This document shows, piece by piece, positions 39,125 to 52,719 of a stretch of DNA of 64,000 nt. Below the pieces are notes generated by a model. The model was given only the letters and a program-made list of their open reading frames with translations, did not search any database and had not been told where the DNA came from. A program made the translations under genes and the position numbers. Source of the DNA: Paraspadella gotoi (Eukaryota > Animalia > Chaetognatha); contig CM119269.1 in NCBI GenBank assembly GCA_051294375.1, positions 1,084,958 through 1,148,957 of the forward strand, read 5' to 3'. Position 1 is the stretch's first letter; every line of letters begins with the position of its first letter.

Positions 39125-41297
39125 TGAGGAATTCTTGGCGCGCGGATGCCGATGAAGCCGCTCCTGCCCTCTCGACCTCGCATGCTCTGAAACTCTCTAT
39201 CTTCTACCTGAATGCGAGTACCCCTCATTCGAACTCGAGATGTCATACACAAGCTCGATGTGATGTTCGTATTACGATCAAATGTAACTCCGAGATTTAA
39301 AACGCGTGATTCGCGTCTCGGGCCTGATTGCGGTCAACGAGCCTCAACGTCTCACGCTGATGTGGTCCCGTCGCAAAACACCGATTTTCGGTGAGTTATT
39401 TATTTGCTCTTTTTGTTTCTGAGGATCTTGGGTGTGTTTTCCGTTAAATAACTAATCGGTGTATTCGAGTCGTTAAACCCGACGTAAATAATATTGTTAT
39501 AAGAAGTTCATCCTACAGAAAAAAGGATAGTCTACCCACTCTAACACACAAAAAAAAAACATTTATCGGTCGTTCGCACCTTCGCCCTCGAAATTTTGCG
39601 CAACGAAACATATTTCTTTTGAAATCGAAATTCCAGCTCAACCCAAATCTAAATTTCAGTAACATGATTCAAAAATGCCCAGGAAATGAAGAAATTCGTT
39701 ATTTCCTCGCTGCTTCGCGGCGGTCGATTTTTTTTTCCCTTCCAGGGGAGCTGTATCATTTCTTTTTTTATATTTTTCTCTCGATTTAAATGAAAAGAAC
39801 AATATGCGACACTTGTGATAAATGCTAATATTGCGTTGTTAAGTAAATGATTGTTCGTTCGTGTTAAGAAGTCAACAAATATTTTCTTTCCGTTTGATCC
39901 CGCTCAATTATTAACAACAACAACTAACAAAACCCGCGACTTCCTCCAAGGATGTTCGGACCTCAGCTTTCGCCTCTGATCTTCAGTCGTCATTTCCTGG
40001 ACTCTTCCGACTCGCGCTGACCGGCCGAGAAAAGCTTCTTCAGCCGGCGTCAGCCGGGCGCCAACCGAAGCGAACTCAGCGCCTCGTGCGACACCCTCGG
40101 GATGCACATTTCGAATCCGAGCGGGGGGCGTTCCCTGCTGGCGCGGTGGCGGGCAACGTCGGCGAGGTCGTCGCGGGCGCCTTTCTCAGGCGCGTGCAAG
40201 GTTTAGAGTGGGCGTCAGCGGCGACGACGTCGACGAAGAAAAGATCCCGAAACGCCGTGGTGTGTCCCGAGCGATAGAAACCGTCTCGCCTCGCAGCCAA
40301 AGTAAGTTGGGGTGGGACTGGGATAAAAGGAAAAGTCGGGAACTGAGGTACTTTTGCTTATACATTGTGTACAATTAAACCAATGAGATTATATTATCTG
40401 AGTGCTTTTGCTTTTTCTTTTTAATTTCATAATTCCAAGTCATCTCATTCAGAAATTATTTTTTTTTTTCTAGTGGCGAATCGTTTTTTCTGTTGTAATT
40501 ACGTAATTATACTTAATACGATATAGTTAATACTTATAGTTTAAGTTAACTGTGGTCACAAAATCTTTTTTCTTTGCTCATTATTCCACTCCCGTTCGAG
40601 CAACACATTAAAATCAATCATCTTTTTTTTCGCGGAGAACAAAATTCTCTCTTCTCTTTCCCATGCTCGGATTTTCCTCATCTGCTCTTTCAGTTTTTTT
40701 CCCGATTTCTCTCATTCTTTTAAACGCAATTTTTCATTTTATTCCTCGTTATCTTTCTTTTTTTTACTTTTGTTTTAATTTTTTGCTTTTTAATTAATTC
40801 GTCAGACGTTTTACTTATCCTCGCGTTTCAAAAGTAGCAATTTCTTTTCACCTTTTTTTCCCAACAATAATAAAAATATTCCTTTTGTTGTCCCAGTTCA
40901 TTATTGTCTCAGCTTATACTATTGCACAATTTCACACTTTATTTTGGTTTCTGAAAACGTCCCTTCCTCAATATTTTATTCAGACACAGGCCCCAAGCAA
41001 CAAGGTCCTTTTACTCACAATCTTTTAACCCCACTTCATCCTCATCTCTCTCTCTCTTCTCTCTCTCGTCTCTCTCTCTCTCTCTTCTTGCTCTCTCTCT
41101 CATCTCCTCTTCTGCCGTCATCTTTCGGACTTTGCGCGAACGGACCTGGACACTCCCGTGCCATCGTCTGAAACGGCATCGATATTCCTGCCTGTTCATT
41201 CTTTCTTCATTAACCTCGTCTTCTAACCGTTTACCCCGTCTTCCTCTCTCTCCATCTCTGTCTTCTCTCTCGTTCGTCTCCTCTCCTCTCTCTCTTC

Positions 41298-41337
<40 letters not shown>

Positions 41338-42457
41338 ACCTCGTCCTCTCTCCTCCTTTTCTCTCCTAATTAGGTGCCCTAATAAAAGGGCTATTCAATT
41401 CTCACCCTGTGCCAGAACATTTCTTTCTTCTTAATAGTTTTCAAAATTTGAATAAAATTACTTTGCCGATAAAAGTTACATGGATATTCTGACTAGTCGG
41501 ATTATCATAATCAGTCTCACGTCATTCTCTCTCCGAAATTAGTGCTTATCACTTTTAATCGTTTGCACCGCTGTGACCTCCGCTACCTCCATCAGACTCC
41601 GGTCAGGATGGTCCCTTCAATCGCACCTCGAAATTCCCTGAAGACTCCCGCTCGGGCGGGGCTTTCCCGCCTTCTGACGACACCGACACAAGAGGCCATC
41701 GTTGCCGTCGTCCAAAGCGCAGCGGCAGTAACATCGGACGGAATGGAAGAAGACAGGATCGGGTAAGTCAGTGGCTGTGTACGCGTGGGTGGGGCGGGAC
41801 GTTTTCATTGATTGTGTATCATTTAGCAACGAATAAAACAACTATGTACGCAAAGATTTAAAAGAAAGAAGTAAAATTGAATAAATACAATAATTAAATA
41901 AATCCATGAAAACATTTGTTCATTTTTCGGAATAAAAAAAACGTTCGTTCGAAAAACCAAATCAACTTAAAGAAATAGGGCACTGAGATACTCTGTAATT
42001 AACACCATTTTCCTCGACGCGGTCTGACTCGGCGGGGCCGAGCCATGGTCCCGACGGCGTCACGCAAGGGGCGACGCGTTTTCCATCGTCGATCGACGTC
42101 GAGTGGCTCTCGAATCCAATCGAAAAACGATATAGCGCCGCCTACGTTTTTTTTTTTTCGCTCCACAGCCTCCGAGCGATGTAACTTAATCCTCTTTCCA
42201 TGCCGGAAGAGACTTAGATTTCGTTCAGTTAATTACGGCGGTTTCGTGACTTCTGCGCGATGCATAAATTTTCCGCGATTCTTTTTTTTATTTTTTTTTT
42301 TCCTATTTACCCAATAGTCTATAATAAAACTTATTTCCCCGCTTCTTCGTTGGGCTAGCGCAATACGTTCGTCCGCTGGAACGACTTAAAAAATACCCGC
42401 TCGGCAACGGGACGACCAAGTGTCTTTCTTTGCGGCGACATGTTTAAGATTCTTGAG
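39125..42457 (+). CDS. Putative noisy multi-exon gene (candidate exons ~39125-39390, 39951-40301, ~41570-41762, 42359-42457); first exon weakly ubiquitin-like
   Basis: Four GC-rich islands, each ending in a strong donor (GTGAGT 39391, GTAAGT 40302, GTAAGT 41763, GTGAGG 42458); acceptor ttcctccaag at 39941-39950. Peptide LRDLKRVIRVSGLIAVNEPQRL starts at 39288. Frames cannot be joined cleanly. Confidence 0.3.
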
Positions 42458-44162
42458 GTGAGGACGAGAAGGAGAGAAGCTGAAAAATGAACGGAAACTT
42501 GTAGAACAATAAACGGACAAAGTGAAATAACATTTACAGGGAAAAAATAAACCTTTTATATGTCACGGGTGAAATCTAGATGTAAGCCACAATCACATAT
42601 TACTATCACTATTAATAACCTAGGTATTTTTTATATTTTAGATCTATTCTCAATGAAGCATCGAGGAATCAAATCCGATCAATCAATCTAATCAAAAGCA
42701 ATTAAAAAAAAAGCTGTGTCATTGGCCACTTTTCAACGAATGTTCGAGTTTATGACTTCAAAACTCGGTACACCCAAAAAAAAATAAAATCGTAAAGTGA
42801 AATTTTGGGAAATACGGGTGGTTGTTTCATTGTTCAATGTAAATGTCAGAAAGTGGGGAAGACGCTTCTTTTAAACCCTGAGGCGACGAGCGACGACGAC
42901 GCGACGACGACGACGACGACGAAGACGACACGGTTACGACCCAGGACGACCGAGGGGGAAACTAGACTTGTTCGGATTTTCCCCATTAGTTTCAATTAAA
43001 AATGACATCGGGAAATGATCCGCTCTTCGACTCGACGTACGAAACGACGATCCCACGACGACCACCGTGCAAAGGACCTAGGGAGACAATAGGAGGACAA
43101 CAGGAAAAGGCAACAACCCCGGTGGAACACGTGTTTTTAGAATTAATTGCCTTAAAGTTTGCGATCTCGAGTGCCAAACATGCACGAAAAACGAAAAAAA
43201 AAAATCAAACTGAATACTGTTTAAAAATCTTGCAGTTGTGAGGAATGTCCGTAAAATGCAATAATCGTTCAGGTCTAAATACCGCTTTTTTTTTCTTGGT
43301 AATTCGAGTTTACAAGCAATGAAAAATCATGCATTTACTGTGACAATGCATTCTAGTTCAAAAATTTTTCAGGTCTTTCCCAAACGTTTCCCGGTGTCCA
43401 AGATGCAAAAAACTTTCCAATGCAGCAAATGCGGGGCGGTTATCACGTCACGAAAGCTAAGGTACAAAATCTATGACGGATCGAATCGGCCTCATCTGTT
43501 TGTTTTTTTTAATTTTCTTTCTTTTGTACTTACCGTGAAAATAACTCCAGAGTACTAATAAAAAAGGTCTTTCTTTAATCCTCGGAAGTACGTCTATCCA
43601 TCCCGAAACTCGACACTTGAAAATTCAACTCAATATGAAAACTGAAATTCTTTTCCGAAAGATTTTAAAAAAGTAATATCTCGATTAGCTGACGGGGCCT
43701 AAATTAAAAAAAACACATTTCTAACTAAACCTTCTCAGACGAGAGTTATTCTTAGCCTTAAGAGTTAAGGATCATCAGTAGAACAAATTGAAATTTAAAA
43801 ATCTATTCTTCTAATTATGCGCTCCTGAAAAGTCATATCTGTCAGTACGGGCTCGATTTTAACCATTCAGGNNNNNNNNNNNNNNNNNNNNNNNNNGAGA
43901 GAGAGAGAATAGTTTTCATGCCACACAAGTTAAAGCGCGACAGCTGGAGCGAGAGATTGCTCCTTCTTAGTCGCTAATCCCTGCTAATGGCTTCTGTTTT
44001 ATTGACAGAGACAGAGAGAGACAGACAGAGAGGGAGAGAGAGAGAGAGAGAGAGAAGACATTCTCAGAATCTACAGTCTTCCCGTCGCTTCTGCACCTTC
44101 GACTGTCGTATATTCGCTAAGTAATCCCCGCGGGATTGAGACGGAGTACATTCGGCATTTTA

Positions 44163-44274
<112 letters not shown>

Positions 44275-44316
44275 AAAGAAACAAAATAGAAAACAAAAAG
44301 ACATCTAAAAACTGAC

Positions 44317-44543
44317 CTGTACTTCCTGTGATCGACGGTAGAGTCGTAAGCGGCGGCGCCTTGCGACAAAAATCTCACTCCCTGAAATTCCGTCGTCTCG
44401 CGGATCCAAACGGCGGGAGAGGGAGACTCGCAGTCGAAGTTGACGTCGCTGCCTTCGGGGACGGCCGTCTTGAGTTGGAGGACGGCGTGGGCGTGGCGGA
44501 GGAGGAGGAGGAGGAGGAAGGAGGAAGAGGCTGGGAACGCCAT
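44317..44543 (-). CDS. First coding exon of a secreted or cell-surface immunoglobulin-superfamily protein (lachesin/amalgam/IgLON-like N-terminal V-type domain)
   Basis: MAFPASSSFLLLLLLRHAHA signal peptide (AxA cleavage site), then EGSDVNFDC (B-strand Cys), VWIRE (C-strand Trp) and FLSQG...DHRKY. The 75 codons + 2 nt end at a canonical donor AG|GTCAGT (GT at 44316-44315). Downstream exons were not located. Confidence 0.8.
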
Positions 44544-44629
44544 CTCGAGCGATGAGACGATCTTTCTTTTTTTTACGCAGGATTTGATGAGGAGACTTTT
44601 AGTTCGTCCGACGATTTGGTCAATTCGTT

Positions 44630-44660
<31 letters not shown>

Positions 44661-45322
44661 TCGNNNNNNNNNNNNNNNNNNNNNNNNNGTTTTTTGGGGA
44701 TCGAGGATGCGAAAGTGAGGCGAAGAGGGATGGGATCAGGACTGGGGGAGGATCGGAAGATCAAAAAACGGAGGAAAAGTGAGGAAAAGTGGGATCAGAT
44801 GATTAGCATGGAGCGAGTAATGATTGGAGTGCAAAAGAGCGGCAGAAGAACGGTGCCGAGGAGTGGGAGGAAGAGGCGCCGCATGCGTGAATCGTGTGCG
44901 GGGGTGAGAGCGTCGTTGTTAAAATCGATTTTGGAGCTGATCACAACTGGGTCACGGGAGAGCAATCCACGCTCTTGTGAACCGTGGTTGAATACAGATT
45001 GGGATTCAAAAGCGGAAACACGATTTCGAATACAGTTTGGGAACCGTTCGGACTGAAATAACTCAATTTCCGATTAGTCACGATTTAGAAATTCAGACGT
45101 TTCTTTTTTCAAGACCTTCTCTCTCTCTCTCTCTCTCTCTATCTCCTCCTCTCTCTCTCTCCTCTCTCTCTCTTTCTCTTTTCTCCTCTTATTTTTTCAT
45201 TTTTTCACTTTTATTCTCTCTCATCTTTGTCCAACTGGAAACCCTGGGATTTTAAGCTCGGTTTTAAATTTATCTTTGTAAAAATTCTCTCTCACTTTCT
45301 TTCACTCTCTCTCTTCTCTCTT

Positions 45323-45414
<92 letters not shown>

Positions 45415-46713
45415 ACCACTTTTACTTTCCCCTTTCCTTTTTACTTCAATTTCTGCGACAATTTCGTGTTTAATTCTTCACCTATAGACTTTTTTTTCCT
45501 CTGCTTGTCGGCCTGTCAAACGCCCACCCTGATGTATTTTGCTTGTCGCTTTCTGTTTCAAGTTTCATCTTAAGTTTCTTCTTCCTCTTTCATCTTCTTT
45601 TTTTTTTTTTTACATCTATTCATCGTGTTTTCCCTTAACCTCCTTTGGTTTTAAGTTCTTTTCAATTGTTTTTTACCTCTATTCTTCCTTTTTTTCCTTT
45701 TTTTTATTTTACTGTATTCTTCGTGATTCTATTAAATCTTCTTTGTTTAACTCCCGTTTCCCTCTTTTCCGTTCTTTTCCTTCTTTTTCCTCCTCCTCCA
45801 TTTTCCTCGACTCTTCCTTCTCCCTCTATTCCTCTATTTTTTTCCTTTCACTCAAAAACTGGATTCAATTGAAATACGTCGTGTCGTCCTCGTCGTCGTC
45901 CTCATCCGTCGTCGTCGTCGTCGTCGTCATCCGGTCGTCCGGGCGCGCGCATGAGAATTCAAATGAGTTTTTTTTCTCTTCGATTTTGTGTGTGTTTTAT
46001 GTGTGTATTCCGACTCGCCACTTCTTTTCTCTTCCATCGCTTTCTCTCTTCTCTCCGCTTTGTGACTAAGCACAAAAACAGTCGCAAGCGCACAATTTAG
46101 GGTTTCTCCTTCACTCTCTCTCTCTCTCTTCTCCTCTCTTTCTTCTCTATTCTTGGCGTTGTTTCTCTCCTCTCTCTCTCTCTCATCACTGTTGCTATTG
46201 TGGTTTTGTTTCAAGTGACGTTTCACGTTCTCCTTTTTTTCTCTCCAGCGCTGAGCGGCGGCGGCGGCAGCGGTGGTGAGGGGGGCGGCGGAGGGGTGAC
46301 CGGCGGGGAAAAATCGCGATTTTCGGGCGCTCATTCTTTGCGGCGTCCACGACACAAAACATAGAGTTTCGACGTAAAGGTCCGGTCGATTTCCGCTATA
46401 GGAAACACACTTGAGAGAAGAGAGAGAGAGAGAGAGAGATAGAGTAGAGAGAGAAGAGAAAGAATTTAAACATTGGTGTCAGCAAAATAGACTGGCAGAC
46501 GACCACTAGATGAAGACTCTCTCTTCTCTCTATATAAATATATATATTATATATATTATAGATGGCGGGATGCCTATATCTATATTTAACTTCAGAATAA
46601 AATAATGCATGACAGATCAGAAATATAGAGATCAAAGACGGCCACTGGGAGAGATGGGGAAAAGTGTTACAGAGAAAAGATATGAGAGATGAGAGATGAG
46701 AGGAGAGGACGAG

Positions 46714-46770
<57 letters not shown>

Positions 46771-46801
46771 GAAGAGAGATAGAGAAGGAGGAGAGCGCGG
46801 A

Positions 46802-46839
<38 letters not shown>

Positions 46840-49800
46840 TGCGTCTCCTTTTTAAGCGAGAATTTCCGGCGGAATCTCCTCAATTTCCTCCAGCGGCGTC
46901 GCTTGCGGCGGTCGCTGCCGGGGCGTCGGCTGTGGCGTCGATGATTGCGTCTTTTGTGGGACTTCTGTGGTTGATTTTTGAGAATTTTTTTTTGTCGCCG
47001 TTAAAAATATTATTTTTGCGGCGAAAGTTGTCAAAACATTGACATTTAACTAAAAAATAATAACGAACAAATTTCTCTTTTTTTTTTTTTTTAAGCGTTG
47101 TCTACGTTCTGTTTAAAGGAGATTTAAAAAGTGAGAGGCAGCGAATGCATTTTGTTTCAATACTGATTAATTCCTCATTCTCAAGCAAATCCAGGACCGG
47201 CATTCCAAAACGCAACGTCGTCTTGTCTTCTTTCCTCTCCTCTATACTCCCTCTCCTTCCTTCCTTCACGATCACCAACTCCTTCAAGTTTGTCTGAGAG
47301 GTGAGAATAAACGCCCCAGGAATAATTCAATAGCCTCTCACAGTCTCTCTCTCTCGTCCTTCTCTCTCTCTTCTCTCGTCTCTCTCTCTCTGTTTCTTTT
47401 CCCCTTCCAGATCTCCACTCTCTTTCCTTAAATTATTTACAACTCACGATCTCTTAAACTTTATTCCCCGCTGGAAAAAAATATGTTTCCCTACTTTTTG
47501 ACAAAATGTGGTCGGTCCGGTCTCTCGTCCCGCGAAGCGTGACATAACAGGAAGAGAAAAAAGATTATTTCGTCTTTTATCTGTCTCCTTGTCCTTTGAT
47601 TCATGTTGTCATCATCGCGACTTTGTTCTTCTGTGCCAGGGAACGAGTTTAAATCACCACGTTTAAGAGGGCTACCTATATTTAAACCGGTAACTTCCTC
47701 GCTCTAAGCTTTCATGTAGTTTGTAAGTAATAAACTACTCAAATTGTCAAATCCATGATCGAGTTGTGCAGTGGTAGATGTAGATGTAGAAGTGCAGTAT
47801 ACACTCCAGACTCACTAGTCCACGAAACGTGACGTAACTGCGAATTTCTTTTGGATTAATCGTTTTCCTTCAATTTCGTTCACCGAATCGAGAAATGTTT
47901 TTTCATCTCGAAGGGTAAAAGAAAAGATTAAAGGAACTTCAATTCGTCTTTGTTATTCTCCGCTTCTTTTTCTTCTTTTTTTTTCATTTCGCAACATTTC
48001 AACTTTCTTCTCTTTCTTTCTTCTATCTCTTCTTCTTTCTCCGTCTTATCTCTTCTTCGCCCGAACGAGAGAAACGATTTATTAGGAATCCGATTTTACA
48101 GTCCGGATATTTTTCCCGTCGGAAAATGAGGGGGAAAATGGCGGGAAAATTGGAGGGAGAGATGGAAAGGAAACCAACTCCGCCAACGCAAGAGAGAGCA
48201 GAGAGGAGAGAGAGAGAGAGAGGAAGAGAGAGAGAGAGAGGAGAGAGAGAGAGAAGAGGAGATAGAGAAGAGAGAGAGAGAGAAAGAGAGAAGAGAGAGA
48301 GAAGAGAGAGATATCGAACTGTCAATAAGTAGTCAATTCTCCTTTACTTTTCACTTTTCTAACTCACTTTTTTTTTTCGATTCCATTGGCTGTTATATGC
48401 TCAACTTCTTTTCTACTTTCTTTTTCACAAGTAATTACTTTTGCTTCTTTTTCCTATTTCTTATGTATTTTTCCTTTCTTTTTCTTAAACTGTTTTTTTA
48501 ACTTTTCATGTCCCATTTCTCTCTTCCTCTTTCACTTTCACAAAATCACACTTTGCTTTTCTCTTTTCTCCAGTCGTTTTGCTCGTCACCGCTTCGTTTC
48601 TCAGGCGACTGAAGTTTAGAAGGATTTCACAGGTTCACTAAAAAACAGGGAATGTTGTCGCTGTTAGTTAATGTCAATTTTACCAATTTATGACATTCGG
48701 TCATAAGCAGTGAAAAGAAAATATGGGCAATAACGACGAAGAGATAGATACAATAACTTTTCAAAGAGTCAATGACAAATAAATATGACGACGAGATACG
48801 ATAGGAAATAAAAAGCAGACGACGCACCCCCGTATTCCCACACCTTTCTCTACGCTCTAAACACGAAAAGCGCAACCCTGCCGCACTCACCCCACCGCCA
48901 CGCCAACCTATTATGTTCAGGATTTTCTCGATAAGTCTTTTTAATGATTAGACATTGAACTCACACTAAAGGACCCGAGACCAACTCCGCCTCCGCCGAC
49001 CCCACTCACAATACCACAGTTTCACATCTAAAATCCTAACAGTAGTATAGTGTCACCTACTCATCGCACGCAAGCTCTTGAACGCGACAATTGAAACACA
49101 CCCGCCTCACGCCTCACACCCATCACGCTCACACCACTCCAAAACTGTTTTGTGTTCCAAGTCCGACTACACGCTCACATCCGTCTAGTCGCCACCACCA
49201 GTAAGTCTCACAGAGATTAGTTAGTTTTAGTTAGTAGTGTTAGTGTTGAAGTTGAGAAAGAAAGTAGAAAGTATATAGTAATCAGAAGTCTGAATTTTTA
49301 TGTTTAGATTAGTTAGAATAGTTAGAAAATAAAGTATTTAGTTAGTTAGTTAGTGTAGTTAGGTTAGTTAAGTGTCTTAATTAAGATACAACTAGTTCAG
49401 TTCAGGTAGATAAGTATTAGTTTAGTTAAGTTAAATATTGTTATGTCGTTTTTCGTGATCCTCGCTTCTCCTTTATTCCTGTCTGATGCTTAGTTATTTT
49501 ATTGTTCAGAGAGGAAGAACTCCGATTGCCGGTGGAGGAGAACTGGGTCGGGCGATTTTCGCGGGTTGGTAGGAAGAATCTGCGGGCGAATTCGCTGGTT
49601 TGGAGGACGAACTCGGCGATGCCGTGGCCTTCTCCCGCACGATCGCGGTCGACGGCGCAATTCGATTTTTTTCGAGTTTTCCTTGACTCATTCAATTTTT
49701 TTTTTTTTTTGGGGGGGAGAAGTTGAATGAATCACGTCAGTCGCTTTTTTGCTTTTTCTGACTTCAAGAATTTAATTCTTTTAAAATCATTTTTTTTTTG

Positions 49801-49907
49801 ACTTTTCGGTTTTTTTAGTTTTTCCAAAGGTCGTTCTTTTGTTGACTGTTGGATTTTTGGAAGAAGGAAGAAAACTTGAAGAAATATTTTTTTTTTATCA
49901 ATTTTAC

Positions 49908-49984
<77 letters not shown>

Positions 49985-51095
49985 TCCTTCTTTCCATCTT
50001 CCTCTCATTCTCTCTCTCTCTCTCTCTCTCTCTAGCTCTTCTCATCTCCCTCCTCTTCCTCCTTCTCTCTCTTCCAGTTGATCCCCTCAATCGGATCCAC
50101 TCTCCTCTCCTCCCCTTCCTTCCTCCTCCCTCCTCTCTCCTCCTCTCCTTCTCGCCCTCGCCCATTCTCCCTGCTTCTCCTTCTCATCGTCTCTCGTCTG
50201 GCGCTCCACTCTTCTCTCTCTCCTCCGTCTCTCCTCATCTTCTCTCTTCTTTTCATTTCTCCTAATCAAATAATTGACAGCTATATTTTTTTCAACTAAA
50301 TCGGCATCTTCTCTCTTTTTTTCCGGCTTTCAATTTTGAATTTTCAAATACGGACGGACACCGATTGACGGGACGGACGGAGACGATGACGACGACGATG
50401 AACGATGAGCTGTGACTGATGACGACGCCGACGACGATTGACGACGACGACGAATGAACGATGACGATGCCGTAGACGGCCGGACGAGCGATCGAACCGT
50501 GACGACACGATAGGGTCGTCTCATCCTTTTTTAATTTTCGAGTCTCTCGTCTCCTTTCATTTTGAATTCTCGGTTTTTCTCTCCCTAAGAAAAAAGTGAA
50601 ACGAGCGAATAGTGTAACGAATATTCTAGATGACGCTTCAGCAAAAAGTAGGAATTTTTTACCAATGCGCTGGCGCATGATGATGACAGCAGCATGCGAG
50701 AAATTGCGAGAGACAGAGAAGAGAGAGAGAGAAGAGAGAGAGGAGAGAAGAAGAGAGAGAGAGAGAAGGAGAGAGAGAGAAGAAGAGAGAGAGAGAGAAG
50801 AAGATGAAGAGAGAGGAGAGAGATGAGAGAGAGAGAGAAAAGTAGGAGATAGAGAGAAAGAGAGGAGGAGAGATGAGAGAGAGAAGAGATGGAAGAGAGA
50901 GAGAGAGAGAGAGAGAGGAGAGATGATTTTTTCCTGATTGAAGCTGGTATTAAGGGCAAGGAAAAGTAGTTGCGGGGAAATGGAAGGAAATTGCAGACAA
51001 GGAAGATTGCAATTAGAGCAGACATTCTAGCAAGGAGGAAGATATGGGAAACTTTTTTCTTTTTTTTTTTCTTCTTTCTTTCTCCTTCTCTCTCT

Positions 51096-51143
<48 letters not shown>

Positions 51144-51848
51144 TTCTCTCCTCTCTCTCTCTCTTTCCCCATTCTCTTTACTCTCCTGACGGTTTAAGAA
51201 AACCTAATTAGGTTTCGCGCCCAAGAAAATGGTGGAGTCACAAATAGAGACTTGTGAGTCGTGACTGTGAGGGAGAGATGTGAAAACCGTTTTTATTCGT
51301 CTTCATATATGCGAAGATTGATTGAGACAGAGAGAGAGGGGGGGGAGTATTTGATTTAGAAGCTCGAGGTTTGCTTCCTCCTGAAGAGAAAGAAAAAGTG
51401 TTCATAAAAGTATCGAGAGAATTTCCTCATTTTACTCATTTTCCTCATTTCTTCATTTTACTCATTTTCTGTTTTTCGTATCATAATTCGTCTCTCTTTA
51501 TTACTGCCTAAAAACATATTGATTCAAAAACCCCGTTCGTTCTAATCTTAAAATCAGAATCATATTCTCTTTAATAACTCGAAAGGATTTGATCGACCTG
51601 AGAATGAAACATCATCTTTGTCTTTGAAGAATATTTTATATCTTCGCTAATTATAAAAACAAAAAACAAAAAAAACACTTTTAACGTTATCCGCCGTAAA
51701 ATCAAGAAAGGTTTCTCGGTTCCCCCTTTTTTTTTTAAATACTCTTCCTAACAACTTTGCAGCACATAAAAAAATAAACAGTTCCGGGACAAAGGACGCC
51801 GCCCCGAGAGAAACTGGCAAGAAAGGACAACAACAACAAGAATTGCGA

Positions 51849-51914
51849 CGCCGCGTATTGGAAAGGTGAGATCCTTCGACGCTCGATGGGAAAGTCGAGG
51901 GTTCGATTCCCGCG
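51849..51914 (+). mobile_element. tRNA-derived SINE or tRNA pseudogene remnant
   Basis: B-box GGTTCGATTCC at 51900-51910 in an imperfect T-arm; no convincing cloverleaf or A-box. Confidence 0.3.
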
Positions 51915-52546
51915 TTTGTCTATGAGGAATTTAATATTATCTGAAAAATGAGTTAACTTCGGATTGAGAACTTCATGTATAGTTTAAACTTTAAAGTTAA
52001 CCGTTCTTAGCGAAATACGACGGGGAAAATAATGAACCGCCGGAAAAAACGGAAAGCGAAACAACAACAACAACAACAAAGGCTGCAAAACAAAACAAAA
52101 CAAAACGCCCAAACAAACTAAAACTCAGCCCCTTTCTCTCCCACCCCCCCCTCACAGCGGCACCCTTAGGAGAATCCATAAAAGGAGAGAAAGGTAAGCT
52201 TAGGGAGAGAGAAAATGAGCCGAGGGATAAGAAGTAGACGCTATTAAGCGGTGAAAGAAAAACCCATATGGGTTCACGCTTTCTTTCACCGACGCCGCTC
52301 ACGATTTTTTTTNNNNNNNNNNNNNNNNNNNNNNNNNNNNNNNNNNNNNNNNNNNNNNNNNNNNNNNNNNNNNNNNNNNNNNNNNNNNNNNNNNNNNNNN
52401 NNNNNNNNNNNNNNNNNNNNNNNNNNNNNNNNNNNNNNNNNNNNNNNNNNNNNNNNNNNNNNNNNNNNNNNNNNNNNNNNNNNNNNNNNNNNNNNNNNNN
52501 NNNNNNNNNNNNNNNNNNNNNNNNNNNNNNNNNNNNNNNNNNNNNN

Positions 52547-52577
<31 letters not shown>

Positions 52578-52719
52578 GCGATGATAAAAGCTTCTGGAAA
52601 AACGTAGCATTGAAATCATCGATCATTCCAATGCGATTGGTGGGAGAAAAGGGAGATAAGACGAGGAGAAAAAAAGAAGAAAAATTAAGTCGATAAAACG
52701 GGATAAAGAGAGAGAAAAT

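Noticed and set aside
49214-49440. Interstitial telomeric (TTAGG)n
   Set aside because: Mostly irregular TTAG/TAGT words in noisy sequence, not a tandem TTAGG array.
51849-51914. Functional tRNA gene
   Set aside because: Only the B-box/T-loop is recognisable; D and anticodon arms cannot be folded.
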